Assembly: GCA_002305165.1 (NCBI GenBank) | Contig: DBQI01000026.1 | Span: 5,398 to 69,397, forward strand | Source: Armatimonadetes bacterium UBA1398 | GTDB taxonomy: Bacteria; Armatimonadota; Zipacnadia; UBA1398 | Direction of reading: 5' to 3' | Length of the DNA: 64,000 nucleotides | Shown here: positions 29,286-38,371 of the stretch, piece by piece | Position numbering within the stretch: position 1 is the stretch's first letter | How the letters are laid out: each line of letters begins with the position of its first letter | Made by a program: the position numbers and the translations under genes | Notes under the pieces: generated by a model | The model's input: only the letters and a program-made list of their open reading frames with translations | Database searches by the model: none | Told to the model about the DNA's origin: nothing

Positions 29286-31232
29286 CTAGCGGACCTTCTC
29301 ACCGTTCTCGACCGGTCGGTCGAGGGTCACGAGGGCCACGGGATCCTTGCCGCCTGCGGCCAGGATCATCCCCTGGCTCTGCACGCCGCGGATCTTCGCC
29401 GGCTCCAGGTTCGCAACGATGACGAGCTGTTTGCCCACGAGCTCTGCCGCAGGGAACGCTTGCGCTACGCCAGCAACTACTTGGCGCACTTCACTGCCGA
29501 GATCCACCATGAGCCGGTAGAGCTTGTCTGCGCCCTCCACGGGCTCCGCGCTCAGGCATGTGCCCGCGCGGAGCTCCAGCTTGGCGAAGTCCTCGTAACT
29601 CACCGTAGCCGCCTGCTTCTCTGACTTCGCGGCCGGCTGCGTCGGTGGCGCGCTGGTCTCGGGTTTGACCTTGGGGACCTTGATCCGAGGGAAGATCGGC
29701 TTGCCCCACGCGATCTTGACACCAGCCATGCGCGCATCCCCTGCGAGCTCCTCCGAGATGCTACCCGACACGACCGGATCGAGGCCGAGCTGGCTTCGGA
29801 TCTCCATGGCGGCGTGGGGGATGAATGATATGAGGAGGACGCTCAACCGGCGGATCGCCTCACACGTCGTCAGGAGGCAGTCCTTGGCGGGCTGTAGGTC
29901 CGCCTCCCGCACGAGGTTCCACGGCGCGCGGGTGTCAAGATACTTGTTCAGCTTGCCGATCGACTCCCAGATCGCTTCCAGGGTGCCTCTGAAGTCGAAA
30001 GCATCGACTCGCTCAGTGGAGAGTCGGGCAGCTGCCTGTACCGACGCGGCGATGTCGGGATCCAGCACGCCATCGGGGATCACGCCCCCGAAAGAGCGCT
30101 CGATGAGGGGGAGCGAGCGGTTGAGCACGTTCCCCAGATCGTTGGCGAGGTCGGCGTTGAACCGCCCCCATAGGGCCTCCCGCGAGAACTCCGCATCCTG
30201 GCCGAAGACCATCTCCCTCAGGGCGAAGTAGCGGACGGCATCGTACGCCACATCGCGCTCTACCTCCACCATCGATGTAAGCTCCTCGGCGAGCTCATCG
30301 ACGGAGACCAGGCCCCCCTGGGACTTGCTGATCTTGCGGTCCTTGCTGAGCCAGAAGCCATGGGCGGCTATCGTCCTCGGCAGTGGCACGCCGAGGGCCA
30401 TCAGCATGGCCGGCCAGAGGGTGGCGTGGAAGCGAGGCAGGATGTCCTTGCCGACGAGGTGCACATCGCACGGCCAGAGGCGCTCGTAGTTAGCCTCGTC
30501 GTCGGGCCAACCGGTAACGGTCAGGTAGTTGATGAGGGCGTCGAACCAGACGTAAGCCTGCTGGCTATCGTCGCCGGGGAACGGCACTCCCCAACCGTTG
30601 CTTGAGCGCGAGATGCAGCAGTCGCGCAGCCCTGACTGGATGAACGAGAGGACCTCGCTCTTCCGGAACTCGGGCCTGACGAAGTCAGGGTGGCGCTCGA
30701 AGTGCTCAAGCAGCCGATCGCCGTAGGCGGAGAGGCGGAAGAAGTAGGCTGGCTCCTTGCGCCGCTCCAGTGGCTTGCGGCACTCGTCGTTGAGGCAGGT
30801 GGGTGTCTCTCCCTCGACATCAGGGAAGAATGTTGCGCACGAGACACAGTACCAGCCCTCGTACTCGCCCCGGTACACGTCACCCGTCTCCATCATGCGC
30901 CGGATAACCTCGGTCGTCGCCCGATGGTGGCGTGGTTCCGACGTTCGGATGAAGTCGTCGTAGGTGATGTCGAGGCGGGCCCAGGCGGCGCGGAAACCGT
31001 CGGCCAGGCGATCCGCGAAGTCGAGGATTGGTACGCCCTCACGGCCGGCCGCCTCTAGAACCTTCTCGGCATGCTCATCGGTGCCGGTCGCGAAGACAAC
31101 CTCGCGCCCACGGGCACGGTGGTGGCGCGCCAAGGTGTCCGCCACGATGGTGGTGTATGCGTTCCCGATGTGAGGTAAGGCATTGATGTAGTAGATAGGT
31201 GTCGTGATGTAGTACACCTTGCTGTCGCTCAC
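29286..31232 (-). CDS. metG: Methionine--tRNA ligase with C-terminal tRNA-binding (EMAP/Trbp111-like) domain
   Basis: HIGH (PHIGNAYT), KMSKS (KISKS), zinc knuckle CxxC...CxxC, and a C-terminal OB-fold. Confidence 0.9.
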   Translation of the reverse strand: MSDSKVYYITTPIYYINALPHIGNAYTTIVADTLARHHRARGREVVFATGTDEHAEKVLEAAGREGVPILDFADRLADGFRAAWARLDITYDDFIRTSEPRHHRATTEVIRRMMETGDVYRGEYEGWYCVSCATFFPDVEGETPTCLNDECRKPLERRKEPAYFFRLSAYGDRLLEHFERHPDFVRPEFRKSEVLSFIQSGLRDCCISRSSNGWGVPFPGDDSQQAYVWFDALINYLTVTGWPDDEANYERLWPCDVHLVGKDILPRFHATLWPAMLMALGVPLPRTIAAHGFWLSKDRKISKSQGGLVSVDELAEELTSMVEVERDVAYDAVRYFALREMVFGQDAEFSREALWGRFNADLANDLGNVLNRSLPLIERSFGGVIPDGVLDPDIAASVQAAARLSTERVDAFDFRGTLEAIWESIGKLNKYLDTRAPWNLVREADLQPAKDCLLTTCEAIRRLSVLLISFIPHAAMEIRSQLGLDPVVSGSISEELAGDARMAGVKIAWGKPIFPRIKVPKVKPETSAPPTQPAAKSEKQAATVSYEDFAKLELRAGTCLSAEPVEGADKLYRLMVDLGSEVRQVVAGVAQAFPAAELVGKQLVIVANLEPAKIRGVQSQGMILAAGGKDPVALVTLDRPVENGEKVR

Positions 31233-31411
31233 GCTGGGAGCCGCCCTCTCGCGCCTTGGGGTGTCGCCCCAGGCCTGAACGAGGGGAAGGTAAGGGCGCT
31301 ATAGGCAATTGTCAAGTAACAGCAGTGCGAGCATAGCGTCGGGCCACAATGCGGAGTACAATGGGCATGCAGGACGTCTGATCTATTGAAGCCCCGAACC
31401 GGAGGTGCCAC

Positions 31412-31726
31412 ATGCCGAGGGTGCTCGCGGTAACTCTGTTTGCATTGGCCGCCCTAGGTCTGAACCTCTCGGGCTGCGTGTGGGGGTTCGAGGCATACGA
31501 CGGCGGCTACTGGGACGGCAGAGACACGGGTGGCTGGTGGGACGACAACGATGACCACAGCAACTGGTGGTCCCCGTCGAGGCCGCCTTCCTCCGATGAT
31601 GGCAAGGACTCCTACGATCCGTGGGACGGGGACCAGGACACCTGGCAGCCGCCGAATGACGATCCCTTCGATGACGACGGCGGCGGATCCAACGTGCCCC
31701 TCTCTACCGGCGTATCGACCAGCTAA
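31412..31726 (+). CDS. Small acidic Trp/Asp-rich putative lipoprotein
   Basis: 104 aa. Signal peptide with lipobox-like LNLSGC. The mature part is extremely W/D/G-rich (GGWWDDNDDHSNWW...DPWDGDQDTWQPPNDDPFDDDGGG). High GC3 codon usage. RBS GGAGGT 7 nt upstream. Confidence 0.45.
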   Translation: MPRVLAVTLFALAALGLNLSGCVWGFEAYDGGYWDGRDTGGWWDDNDDHSNWWSPSRPPSSDDGKDSYDPWDGDQDTWQPPNDDPFDDDGGGSNVPLSTGVSTS

Positions 31727-33030
31727 GCATCTCTCGCTGCCGCCAGAGCGGCCTCGTAGACCTCCCTCAGGGGAACGCCGCGCTCTGCGGCGATCTGAGC
31801 ACAGTCCTCGTACTCCGGGGTGACCCGGTGTGAACCGTCCGGCAACAGGATCAGCTTGACGCGCAGCGGACCGAACGGTGTGCTTACCGTGCTGGCCTCT
31901 CGCGACAGGCAGAAGCGGGAACACTCGTGGACCCGAACGCCGATGGTCGAGGTCTCGGCCATCAAGATCAGCGCTAGCTCGTGCGCGCGGCTCGGAGGCG
32001 CGATGACGGTGACCGAGGTGCCGGGGCGCCCCTTCTTCATGGTGACAGGCGATAGGTACACGTCCAAGGCGCCAGCATCCATGAGCCTCTGCGCGGCGTA
32101 CGCGAGTACCTCGGGCGTGCAGTCGTCAACCTGGGTGCACACCTCGGTCACCCGAGGAAGGGAGCCCAGCGCATCGACCTCGCCGATGAAGAGCCGCAGG
32201 AGGTTGGGGTAGGGGTCGAAGTCCTTGCTCCCGGCGCCATAGCCGACTCGCTCTACGCGCATCGCCGGCATCGGGCCGATGCTCTGGGCCAGTCCCTTGA
32301 TGATGGCTGCCCCCGTGGGTGTGACGGTCTCCCCTGAGATGTCCACCGCTACCGTCGGCAGCCCCTCCACGAGCTTGGCCACAGCGGGCGGCGGCACGGG
32401 CATAGTGCCATGGGCGCACTGAACCCAGCCATGGGCCAGGGGGATGGGCCCGGCGGACACGCTCTCGACCCCCAGCATTTCCAGCCCGACGGCGACACCG
32501 CAGATGTCAATCAGTGTGTCCACACCGCCCAGCTCATGGAAGTGGACGGCCTCCAGGTCTGCGCCATGGACCGATGCCTCAGCTTCACCGACACAGCGAA
32601 GGATCGCGAGAGAACGCTCTGTAGCTAGGTCAGAGAGACCGGCATCGAGGATCGCCGCGCGGCAGTCGCTGTAGGAGAGCCCATGGTGGTGATGGTGAGC
32701 GGGCTCATGCGGATGATCGTGCGGATGGTGGTGACCGTGGTCGTGACCGTGACCGTGACCGTGATCGTGGCTGTGGTCGTGATGCCCGTGCTCATGATCG
32801 TGGAAGCCATGGGGGGCATGGTCGCTGTGCGCGTCGTCGTCCGCCGTGACGACCACTCCCGTGCCCTCTATACCAGACCGCACGACGCGTTGCGGGGCGA
32901 TACCGATGTGGTGTCGCAGGCCACTGAGCGCTTCTACAAGCGCTACAGGATCGACGCCCAGGTCGATCAGCGCGGCCAGGGTCATGTCACCTGAGATACC
33001 AACGAAGCAGTCAATATGCAGATGCCTCAA
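31723..33030 (-). CDS. larC: Nickel-pincer cofactor biosynthesis protein LarC (nickel insertase, DUF111) with His-rich insert
   Basis: N-terminus MRHLHIDCFVGISGDM... (LarC signature), CTP-binding C-terminal domain, and a 50-aa His/Asp/Gly-rich segment. Confidence 0.85.
   Translation of the reverse strand: MRHLHIDCFVGISGDMTLAALIDLGVDPVALVEALSGLRHHIGIAPQRVVRSGIEGTGVVVTADDDAHSDHAPHGFHDHEHGHHDHSHDHGHGHGHDHGHHHPHDHPHEPAHHHHHGLSYSDCRAAILDAGLSDLATERSLAILRCVGEAEASVHGADLEAVHFHELGGVDTLIDICGVAVGLEMLGVESVSAGPIPLAHGWVQCAHGTMPVPPPAVAKLVEGLPTVAVDISGETVTPTGAAIIKGLAQSIGPMPAMRVERVGYGAGSKDFDPYPNLLRLFIGEVDALGSLPRVTEVCTQVDDCTPEVLAYAAQRLMDAGALDVYLSPVTMKKGRPGTSVTVIAPPSRAHELALILMAETSTIGVRVHECSRFCLSREASTVSTPFGPLRVKLILLPDGSHRVTPEYEDCAQIAAERGVPLREVYEAALAAARDA
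32683..32835. repeat. GTGACC/GTGATC hexanucleotide tandem repeats (antisense of CAC/CAT His codons) encoding the His-rich region of LarC
   Basis: Read directly from the sequence. Confidence 0.6.
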
Positions 33031-33033
33031 CGT

Positions 33034-33804
33034 CTATGAGTCCCCTCGTCCATTCACCAGGCTGGCGAATACTGCGGCGCCAAACCCGTTGTCGATGTTC
33101 ACGACGGCCACGCCACTAGCGCAGGTGTTCAGCATCCCCAGCAACGAGGCTAAGCCACCGAAGGCCGCCCCGTACCCTACGCTCGTCGGCACGGCGACAA
33201 CAGGGCATCCCACCAGCCCGCCGACCACGCTGGGCAAGGCCCCCTCCATGCCAGCCACTACCACCAGGCAACGGGCCGCCATGAGCAGGTCGAGACTGCC
33301 GAGAAGCCGGTGGAGGCCAGCGACGCCCACGTCGTAGAGCCGTTCGACACGGTCGCCGAGGTAGGTGAGCGTCACAGCGGCCTCGTCAGCCACAGGTAGA
33401 TCAGCGGTTCCCGCGCTGACAACGGCGACGTAGCTCCCGTCGTAGTTCGGCTTCCTGACCAGCCGCTCGGGACCGGCTACGAGGATCCGAGCGGAGTCAA
33501 AGTAAACGGTGTCCTGAACGGCTTCGCGCACGACGTCCAGCATCTCCGGCTCAGCACGAGTAGCCAACACGGGTGCGTCGCCCTGCTCATAGAGGCGAGC
33601 CACGATGTCCCTGACCTGAGTTCGGGTCTTCCCGGAGCAGTAGACGACCTCAGGCACACCCGTGCGGACGCCGCGGTGGTGGTCGAGGCGAGCGAACCCC
33701 AGGTCCTCGAAGGGCAGACGCCGCAGCTTCTCCACGGCTTGGTCAACGTCCAGCGTGCCGTTACGCACGGACTCCAGGATCTGACGGGCGGCGTCAGCAG
33801 TCAC
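33034..33804 (-). CDS. larB: LarB (PurE-like pyridinium-3,5-biscarboxylic acid mononucleotide synthase)
   Basis: The PurE-like domain (...GTADLPVADEAAVTL...VVVAGMEGALPSVVGGLVGCPVVAVPTSVGYG...) is preceded by the LarB N-terminal helix ...ILESVRNGTLDVDQAVEKLR. The start is placed at the GTG at 33804; the ORF track extends upstream to 34182, but that would collide with the divergent lipoprotein gene. Confidence 0.7.
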   Translation of the reverse strand: MTADAARQILESVRNGTLDVDQAVEKLRRLPFEDLGFARLDHHRGVRTGVPEVVYCSGKTRTQVRDIVARLYEQGDAPVLATRAEPEMLDVVREAVQDTVYFDSARILVAGPERLVRKPNYDGSYVAVVSAGTADLPVADEAAVTLTYLGDRVERLYDVGVAGLHRLLGSLDLLMAARCLVVVAGMEGALPSVVGGLVGCPVVAVPTSVGYGAAFGGLASLLGMLNTCASGVAVVNIDNGFGAAVFASLVNGRGDS

Positions 33805-33915
33805 GCGGCGGTTCCCTCTCGCTCCGATTGATGTCCTGCGCGCGCGGCAGGGCCAGGCGCTCCTAGAGGGTATCATAGATGGAAGCGGAATCCCCCCAGG
33901 GAAGGGATCACGCCA

Positions 33916-34545
33916 ATGTGCCGTCGCCATCTGACATGCCGCCTGAGCGCAGCTGCCCTCGTAGCCCTCGGTATCTCGCTTGCCGCCGGCTGCTCGCAGT
34001 CCACCGCGCCCACGGCCGGGGCTGGGCCCGTTGAGCCGACCCCCGCCGCCTCCGAGTCGGAGGTCATCCGCGTCGAGCCTATGGTGGCCCTGGGCGAGCC
34101 TGGTCCGGCCAACCTGGTGGTGACACCGACAGACGAGGACTCCTCGGAGTTTGTGATCAAGGAAGAGTCGGGGCAGGTTCATAGTGGGGAAGTGACCGTC
34201 GACAATGACGTCACCGCTGAGGATCTGGACCTGCCTGTCCCAGAGGGCGCGGTCCGGCTCGCAGGCGCTGAGGTCGAGAATCTCGAGTCAACGAATCCGG
34301 TAGTGGATCCGAGCCTTTCGGGCAGCTTAGCTGTTGTGTATGAGAGCAGCAAGCCCGTCGACGAGGTCGTCGCGTTCTACGCGGACCACGAGTCAGGCCG
34401 ATTCACGGAAGTAGAAGCCGATCTCCTGGGCCAGGCAGGCTGGCGTATGCTGTTCGATGGTGAGTCCGATAGGGTCATCGGGGTGACTAAGTCCCCGTCG
34501 GGAATGACCCAGATCACGCTCCTCGATATTCCAGCCGGACCCTGA
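33916..34545 (+). CDS. Hypothetical lipoprotein
   Basis: Lipobox LAAGC; acidic, Pro/Glu-rich mature protein; no recognisable domain. Confidence 0.45.
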   Translation: MCRRHLTCRLSAAALVALGISLAAGCSQSTAPTAGAGPVEPTPAASESEVIRVEPMVALGEPGPANLVVTPTDEDSSEFVIKEESGQVHSGEVTVDNDVTAEDLDLPVPEGAVRLAGAEVENLESTNPVVDPSLSGSLAVVYESSKPVDEVVAFYADHESGRFTEVEADLLGQAGWRMLFDGESDRVIGVTKSPSGMTQITLLDIPAGP

Positions 34546-34583
34546 CGCGCCGGCATGGCGACGGACAGGCGGATGGGGGTTTC

Positions 34584-35501
34584 TTGAGGCTGACTGCCGG
34601 TGTAGTGCTGCTCGTGGTCGCGTTCCCTGCCATTCTGGGGGGAACGGGGTGTCGACGCTCGGCTGGTGCAGGGGTATCATCCGCCGCCCCAAGCCCGACG
34701 CTGGGCACATCCGCCCAGCCTGTACCTGCCGTGACCAGGGGCTCATCGGAGTCTGAGCCCGAATCGGCAATGGCGCCCCCCTCGCACAAACTCGACAAGG
34801 CCCAACTGGACGCCAGGGTGGAGGAGTGGCGGCGGCTTCATCCTGAGGAGGCCGAGGAGGCAGATCGTGAGGACGCGCTGCGCGATGGCGATGGCCCAGA
34901 GGGCGGCGCTGCAGGGTCTGACCTCGGTCTCTTCGGGCCCGGAGGTCCATCCGGGGTTTACAGCATCCTAGGCCTGATAACCGGAGGCAGCGATTCCCAG
35001 ATACATGGCGACGACGAGAGAGGCGTCATCACGACGAGCTACCAGGGTACGACAGTGGACTACACCTACTTCGCGGCGACGGGCGACACGCCTGGGCCGC
35101 GGATGTCGCTGCCGTATGCGTTTCCGGAGCGTACGCGCTTCGCGATAGAGGGGACTATGCCTGAGTCCGTTCTGCGTCGCATTATCGCGGCAGGCGGCGG
35201 GTTGCCTCCCTCGAACATACCCGAGTCACGACGGGCGGTTGTGATTGATGCCGAGGGGGTTTCCCTTCGGGGCTCCCTGGCCGATGTGCGTAGCAGCATC
35301 GAGGAAACCAGTGGTTCCTTCCTGAACCTGGTCCCGCAGGACGAACGGGGCACGCTCGTGTACCAGGACGCGTCAGACCATCGCCATCTCCTGTGGTTGC
35401 AGGATGGGCCCGGTTCCGGGAGGGTCCAGGCAACCCTCGTCACCGTGAGCGCGCTTCCGGAGCCTCTCGAGAAGGCGCTCGCGATCCTGGCCGTTGAGTA
35501 G
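34584..35501 (+). CDS. Hypothetical lipoprotein
   Basis: Lipobox LGGTGC; no recognisable domain. Confidence 0.45.
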   Translation: MRLTAGVVLLVVAFPAILGGTGCRRSAGAGVSSAAPSPTLGTSAQPVPAVTRGSSESEPESAMAPPSHKLDKAQLDARVEEWRRLHPEEAEEADREDALRDGDGPEGGAAGSDLGLFGPGGPSGVYSILGLITGGSDSQIHGDDERGVITTSYQGTTVDYTYFAATGDTPGPRMSLPYAFPERTRFAIEGTMPESVLRRIIAAGGGLPPSNIPESRRAVVIDAEGVSLRGSLADVRSSIEETSGSFLNLVPQDERGTLVYQDASDHRHLLWLQDGPGSGRVQATLVTVSALPEPLEKALAILAVE

Positions 35502-35537
35502 CCGCCCTTCGCCCGAGGCGGCAGCTATGGAGGAGAT

Positions 35538-36377
35538 ATGCCCGCAGCACTCGTTTCGAGCGTCTCAAGCGAGGAACTGGCCCAGTTCTGCCGCGAGTTC
35601 GCAGTGATGCTGGCCTCGGACGTCAAGCTCATGCCTGCTGTTGTGACGCTCAGGCAGCAGACCGAGAACCCGTACTTCCGCGAGGTGCTGCTGGAGGCTC
35701 AGGGTGACCTGGAGAACGGCCAAACGCTTGCGGCGGCCTTCTCGCGGCATCCCGACGTGTTCTCTCCCTTCCTGATCCAGCTCGTGCGGCAGGGCGAACT
35801 TGAGGGTGCGCTGCCCGAGGTGTTCCGCAAGCTCGCGGAGCACTACTCGGGGGGGATGGACAACGAGGCATTCGGCGCCGGCAATCCAGTGGTTGTGAAC
35901 CTCGACATCAGCACCATTGTCGAGGTTCTGCGACCGCTTCTGGTCATGCTGCCCACGGCCCTCGCCTTCGTGGGCTTCGCAATCGCAGGGATCTGGGTGG
36001 CGATGGAGAAGAACTGGCTCCCGAGCGAGCAGGCCGGGCCGACGATCCTAGCCACTGCCGCCCTATCCTTCCTCCTGGTCGGGGCCGCCTTCAGCCGGTT
36101 CCGCCCCCGTCGGGTGTCTACGTGCGCCTTCTGCGGCAAACTGGATACCCAGGTCGACGAGATCGTCACATCCAGGGGGGTCTCTATCTGCAACGAGTGC
36201 GTCGAGACGATGGTGCAGCAGATGCGCCGTAGCAAGGACGTGGTTGCGCCCCCGCCTCCGCCCGCGGCCGCGCCACCGCCGCCGAGCGAGAAGCCCGAGA
36301 GGACTCTGAGACCCGATGTCGCGTATCTGTTGCGCGACCCGGCCGAGCCGGTGGACCTGGATCAGGAGTTCGAGTAA
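35538..36377 (+). CDS. Membrane protein combining a single T2SS-F (GspF/PilC-type) cytoplasmic domain, two TM helices and a C-terminal ClpX-type C4 zinc finger
   Basis: aa 10-95 match the T2SSF repeat (ELAQF...REVLLEAQGDLENGQTLAAAFSRHPDVFSPFLIQLVRQGELEGALPEVFRKLAEHY). Two hydrophobic helices (~aa 125-185). CAFCGKLDTQVDEIVTSRGVSICNECVETMVQQMRR aligns with the ClpX N-terminal zinc-binding domain (CSFCGK...YICDECV...). Pro-rich tail. Confidence 0.65.
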   Translation: MPAALVSSVSSEELAQFCREFAVMLASDVKLMPAVVTLRQQTENPYFREVLLEAQGDLENGQTLAAAFSRHPDVFSPFLIQLVRQGELEGALPEVFRKLAEHYSGGMDNEAFGAGNPVVVNLDISTIVEVLRPLLVMLPTALAFVGFAIAGIWVAMEKNWLPSEQAGPTILATAALSFLLVGAAFSRFRPRRVSTCAFCGKLDTQVDEIVTSRGVSICNECVETMVQQMRRSKDVVAPPPPPAAAPPPPSEKPERTLRPDVAYLLRDPAEPVDLDQEFE

Positions 36378-36389
36378 CGCTTTGAACGC

Positions 36390-38180
36390 TTACTCCTCTT
36401 TGAGAAGTCCGTGGTAGCGGGCCATCCAGTAGGGGAGCAGGTACGCGGCGCCGTCATCCTCGGCGTACCCACCGCCGCCCCGCCTGAGTTGATACGGGTT
36501 CCCGTTCCACTTGAGCATGCCGTTCTCGCTGTACGGCAGCACCGGTATGCCTTCCACGTTGCCTCCGCGGTCAGATGTAGATGAAACTGCCACATCGTGG
36601 CGATCGCTGTTGTCCACGTCGTACTGAATGCGGTCAGTTGGCATCTCGCAAAGCGTACGGACGGCGTCTGAGATCCCTTGGTCGCGACCCAGGGCCAGGC
36701 TGCCGATGAGGTTCCAGAGGGGGTTCCTCTCAGGCCGCTCCTCCGCCATGGTCCGCTCCATACTGAGCCGGTAGACCGCGAGCAGGTCGGGGTCGCGCTC
36801 GTAGAGGAACAGAGGGTAGTAGGCCAGGAACGAGAGTTCGTCGTCGGAGTGGTTCACCTCCGCAGGCATGCGGATCTTCTGGTCGATGGTATTCAGGGCG
36901 AACTGATGGTCACGGCAGAGGCTCTCGTAGGCTTGCTGGTAGCGATCCACGCCGGTCATCGCGTGGGCGACGCGGAGGAAACTGAGCATGCTGAGACTGT
37001 TGAGACCGCGTTCCAGGATCCATTCACTGGTTTCGTTCAACAGATGGGGGGTGAAGACCGCCCAGCGCGTCTGCTCACCATCCGTGTCGATGAGGCGGAA
37101 GTCGTTGTCCAGCAGGTGGTCTGTCACGCGCCGAATCGTGTCACGAATCAGCGCACGCTCAGCCTCATCGGCCACAAGCTCGTAGTAAACGGGAAGCGCG
37201 AAGTAGTGGCCGTTCAGCTCGTCTGAGCTCGTGTCACCCTTCCAGAACCACTTGCCACAGGGACTGGGGTGCCATTCGCCCTCGGAGCGAACGACCTCCG
37301 GCTCATCCACATGGACCACCGCCCGCGCGGGGAAGCCTGGGATACCGGTGACTTGCTCCAGGCGTACCAGAGCCTCCATGGACTCTCTCGCGCGGTCACG
37401 GGCGGCTGACTCCCCGGTACAGGCGTACCGGAAGCACTCCGCCGCCAGATAGATCGCGGTCCAGAGCCCGTCGTTGTCGGACGCGACGTAGGTCCACTCC
37501 GATGTGTCGCCCGGCCGCGTCAGGTTGCAGTCACTCACATAGCCGTGCCGCCGATGGCGCTCATCGATCGCGGCCTCGATGGCTTCCGCCTTGGCCGCCA
37601 GCGTCGTCTCCACGGCCCGTATGCCCCCTACGGACCCGTCGGCACAGAGCACCGCCACGGTGGCCTCATCGATGGCGACCAGGTCGACGACGTCGTCGCT
37701 CGGGAGCCATCGCTGGCCACGGAACAGGCTCCACTGGCCGCCACGGAGGCGAACCAGCCCCCGAGCCGTCGCGAACCAACGATCGCCGTTGGGCGCCAGA
37801 AGGATCCGGCGCACATCGATCGACGGCATGCCGGCATCGGCGCCGAGATGGACCCAGCCCGCGGGCGGAGTGTGCAGGCACACGCCACGGTCGGAGGCGA
37901 TCCAGAGGGTCCCCTGGGCATCCTGCATGACGTCCCTGATCTGGCGGCCGGCCAGGGGGCTATTCGCGTGAGTCAGGAGGGCCACAGCGTTACCAGTCTG
38001 CCGGACCAGAGCCGCGCCGTCCTCGGAGATGCTCCACGCGGTCCCCGCCCGGTCTAGCAGGGGCCAGTCCCTCCGGCTGCAGACGTGGACGCCTGCAAGC
38101 TCATCCGACCTGAGCTTCTCATCCATGGAGAACGCCGGCACCGAGATGCTCGGTAGTTTGGCGCGGGTCGGCCAGATCAT
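36390..38180 (-). CDS. Hypothetical protein: N-terminal beta-propeller-like repeats plus C-terminal alpha-helical (six-hairpin glycosidase-like) domain
   Basis: The start is taken as the ATG at 38180, preceded by AAGGAG 8 nt upstream. Repeats WIASDRGV / WFATARGL resemble two-component-regulator propeller repeats. The C-terminal 350 aa are helical with GH-like aromatic clusters. Confidence 0.5.
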   Translation of the reverse strand: MIWPTRAKLPSISVPAFSMDEKLRSDELAGVHVCSRRDWPLLDRAGTAWSISEDGAALVRQTGNAVALLTHANSPLAGRQIRDVMQDAQGTLWIASDRGVCLHTPPAGWVHLGADAGMPSIDVRRILLAPNGDRWFATARGLVRLRGGQWSLFRGQRWLPSDDVVDLVAIDEATVAVLCADGSVGGIRAVETTLAAKAEAIEAAIDERHRRHGYVSDCNLTRPGDTSEWTYVASDNDGLWTAIYLAAECFRYACTGESAARDRARESMEALVRLEQVTGIPGFPARAVVHVDEPEVVRSEGEWHPSPCGKWFWKGDTSSDELNGHYFALPVYYELVADEAERALIRDTIRRVTDHLLDNDFRLIDTDGEQTRWAVFTPHLLNETSEWILERGLNSLSMLSFLRVAHAMTGVDRYQQAYESLCRDHQFALNTIDQKIRMPAEVNHSDDELSFLAYYPLFLYERDPDLLAVYRLSMERTMAEERPERNPLWNLIGSLALGRDQGISDAVRTLCEMPTDRIQYDVDNSDRHDVAVSSTSDRGGNVEGIPVLPYSENGMLKWNGNPYQLRRGGGGYAEDDGAAYLLPYWMARYHGLLKEE

Positions 38181-38371
38181 GTCATCAGCTCCTTTGGGCT
38201 GAGATCGGTTTCCCTCGGGGCCGTGGGGAGACCTCCGGGACAGCTTCTCTGCGGCGCGATCACGTGATTCGGGCAGAGGAAGGCGTGGGTTGCAGGGGGA
38301 ACCCACGTCTTCATGGTCGAGGCGGGGCGATTCCGCACCTCGGATCCATCCAGGAAAGAGAGCGGTGACAG

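Noticed and set aside
33805-34182. 126-codon upstream extension of larB in the track
   Set aside because: It would run into the divergent lipoprotein gene start (33916). LarB homology begins at the GTG at 33804, which has a weak RBS.
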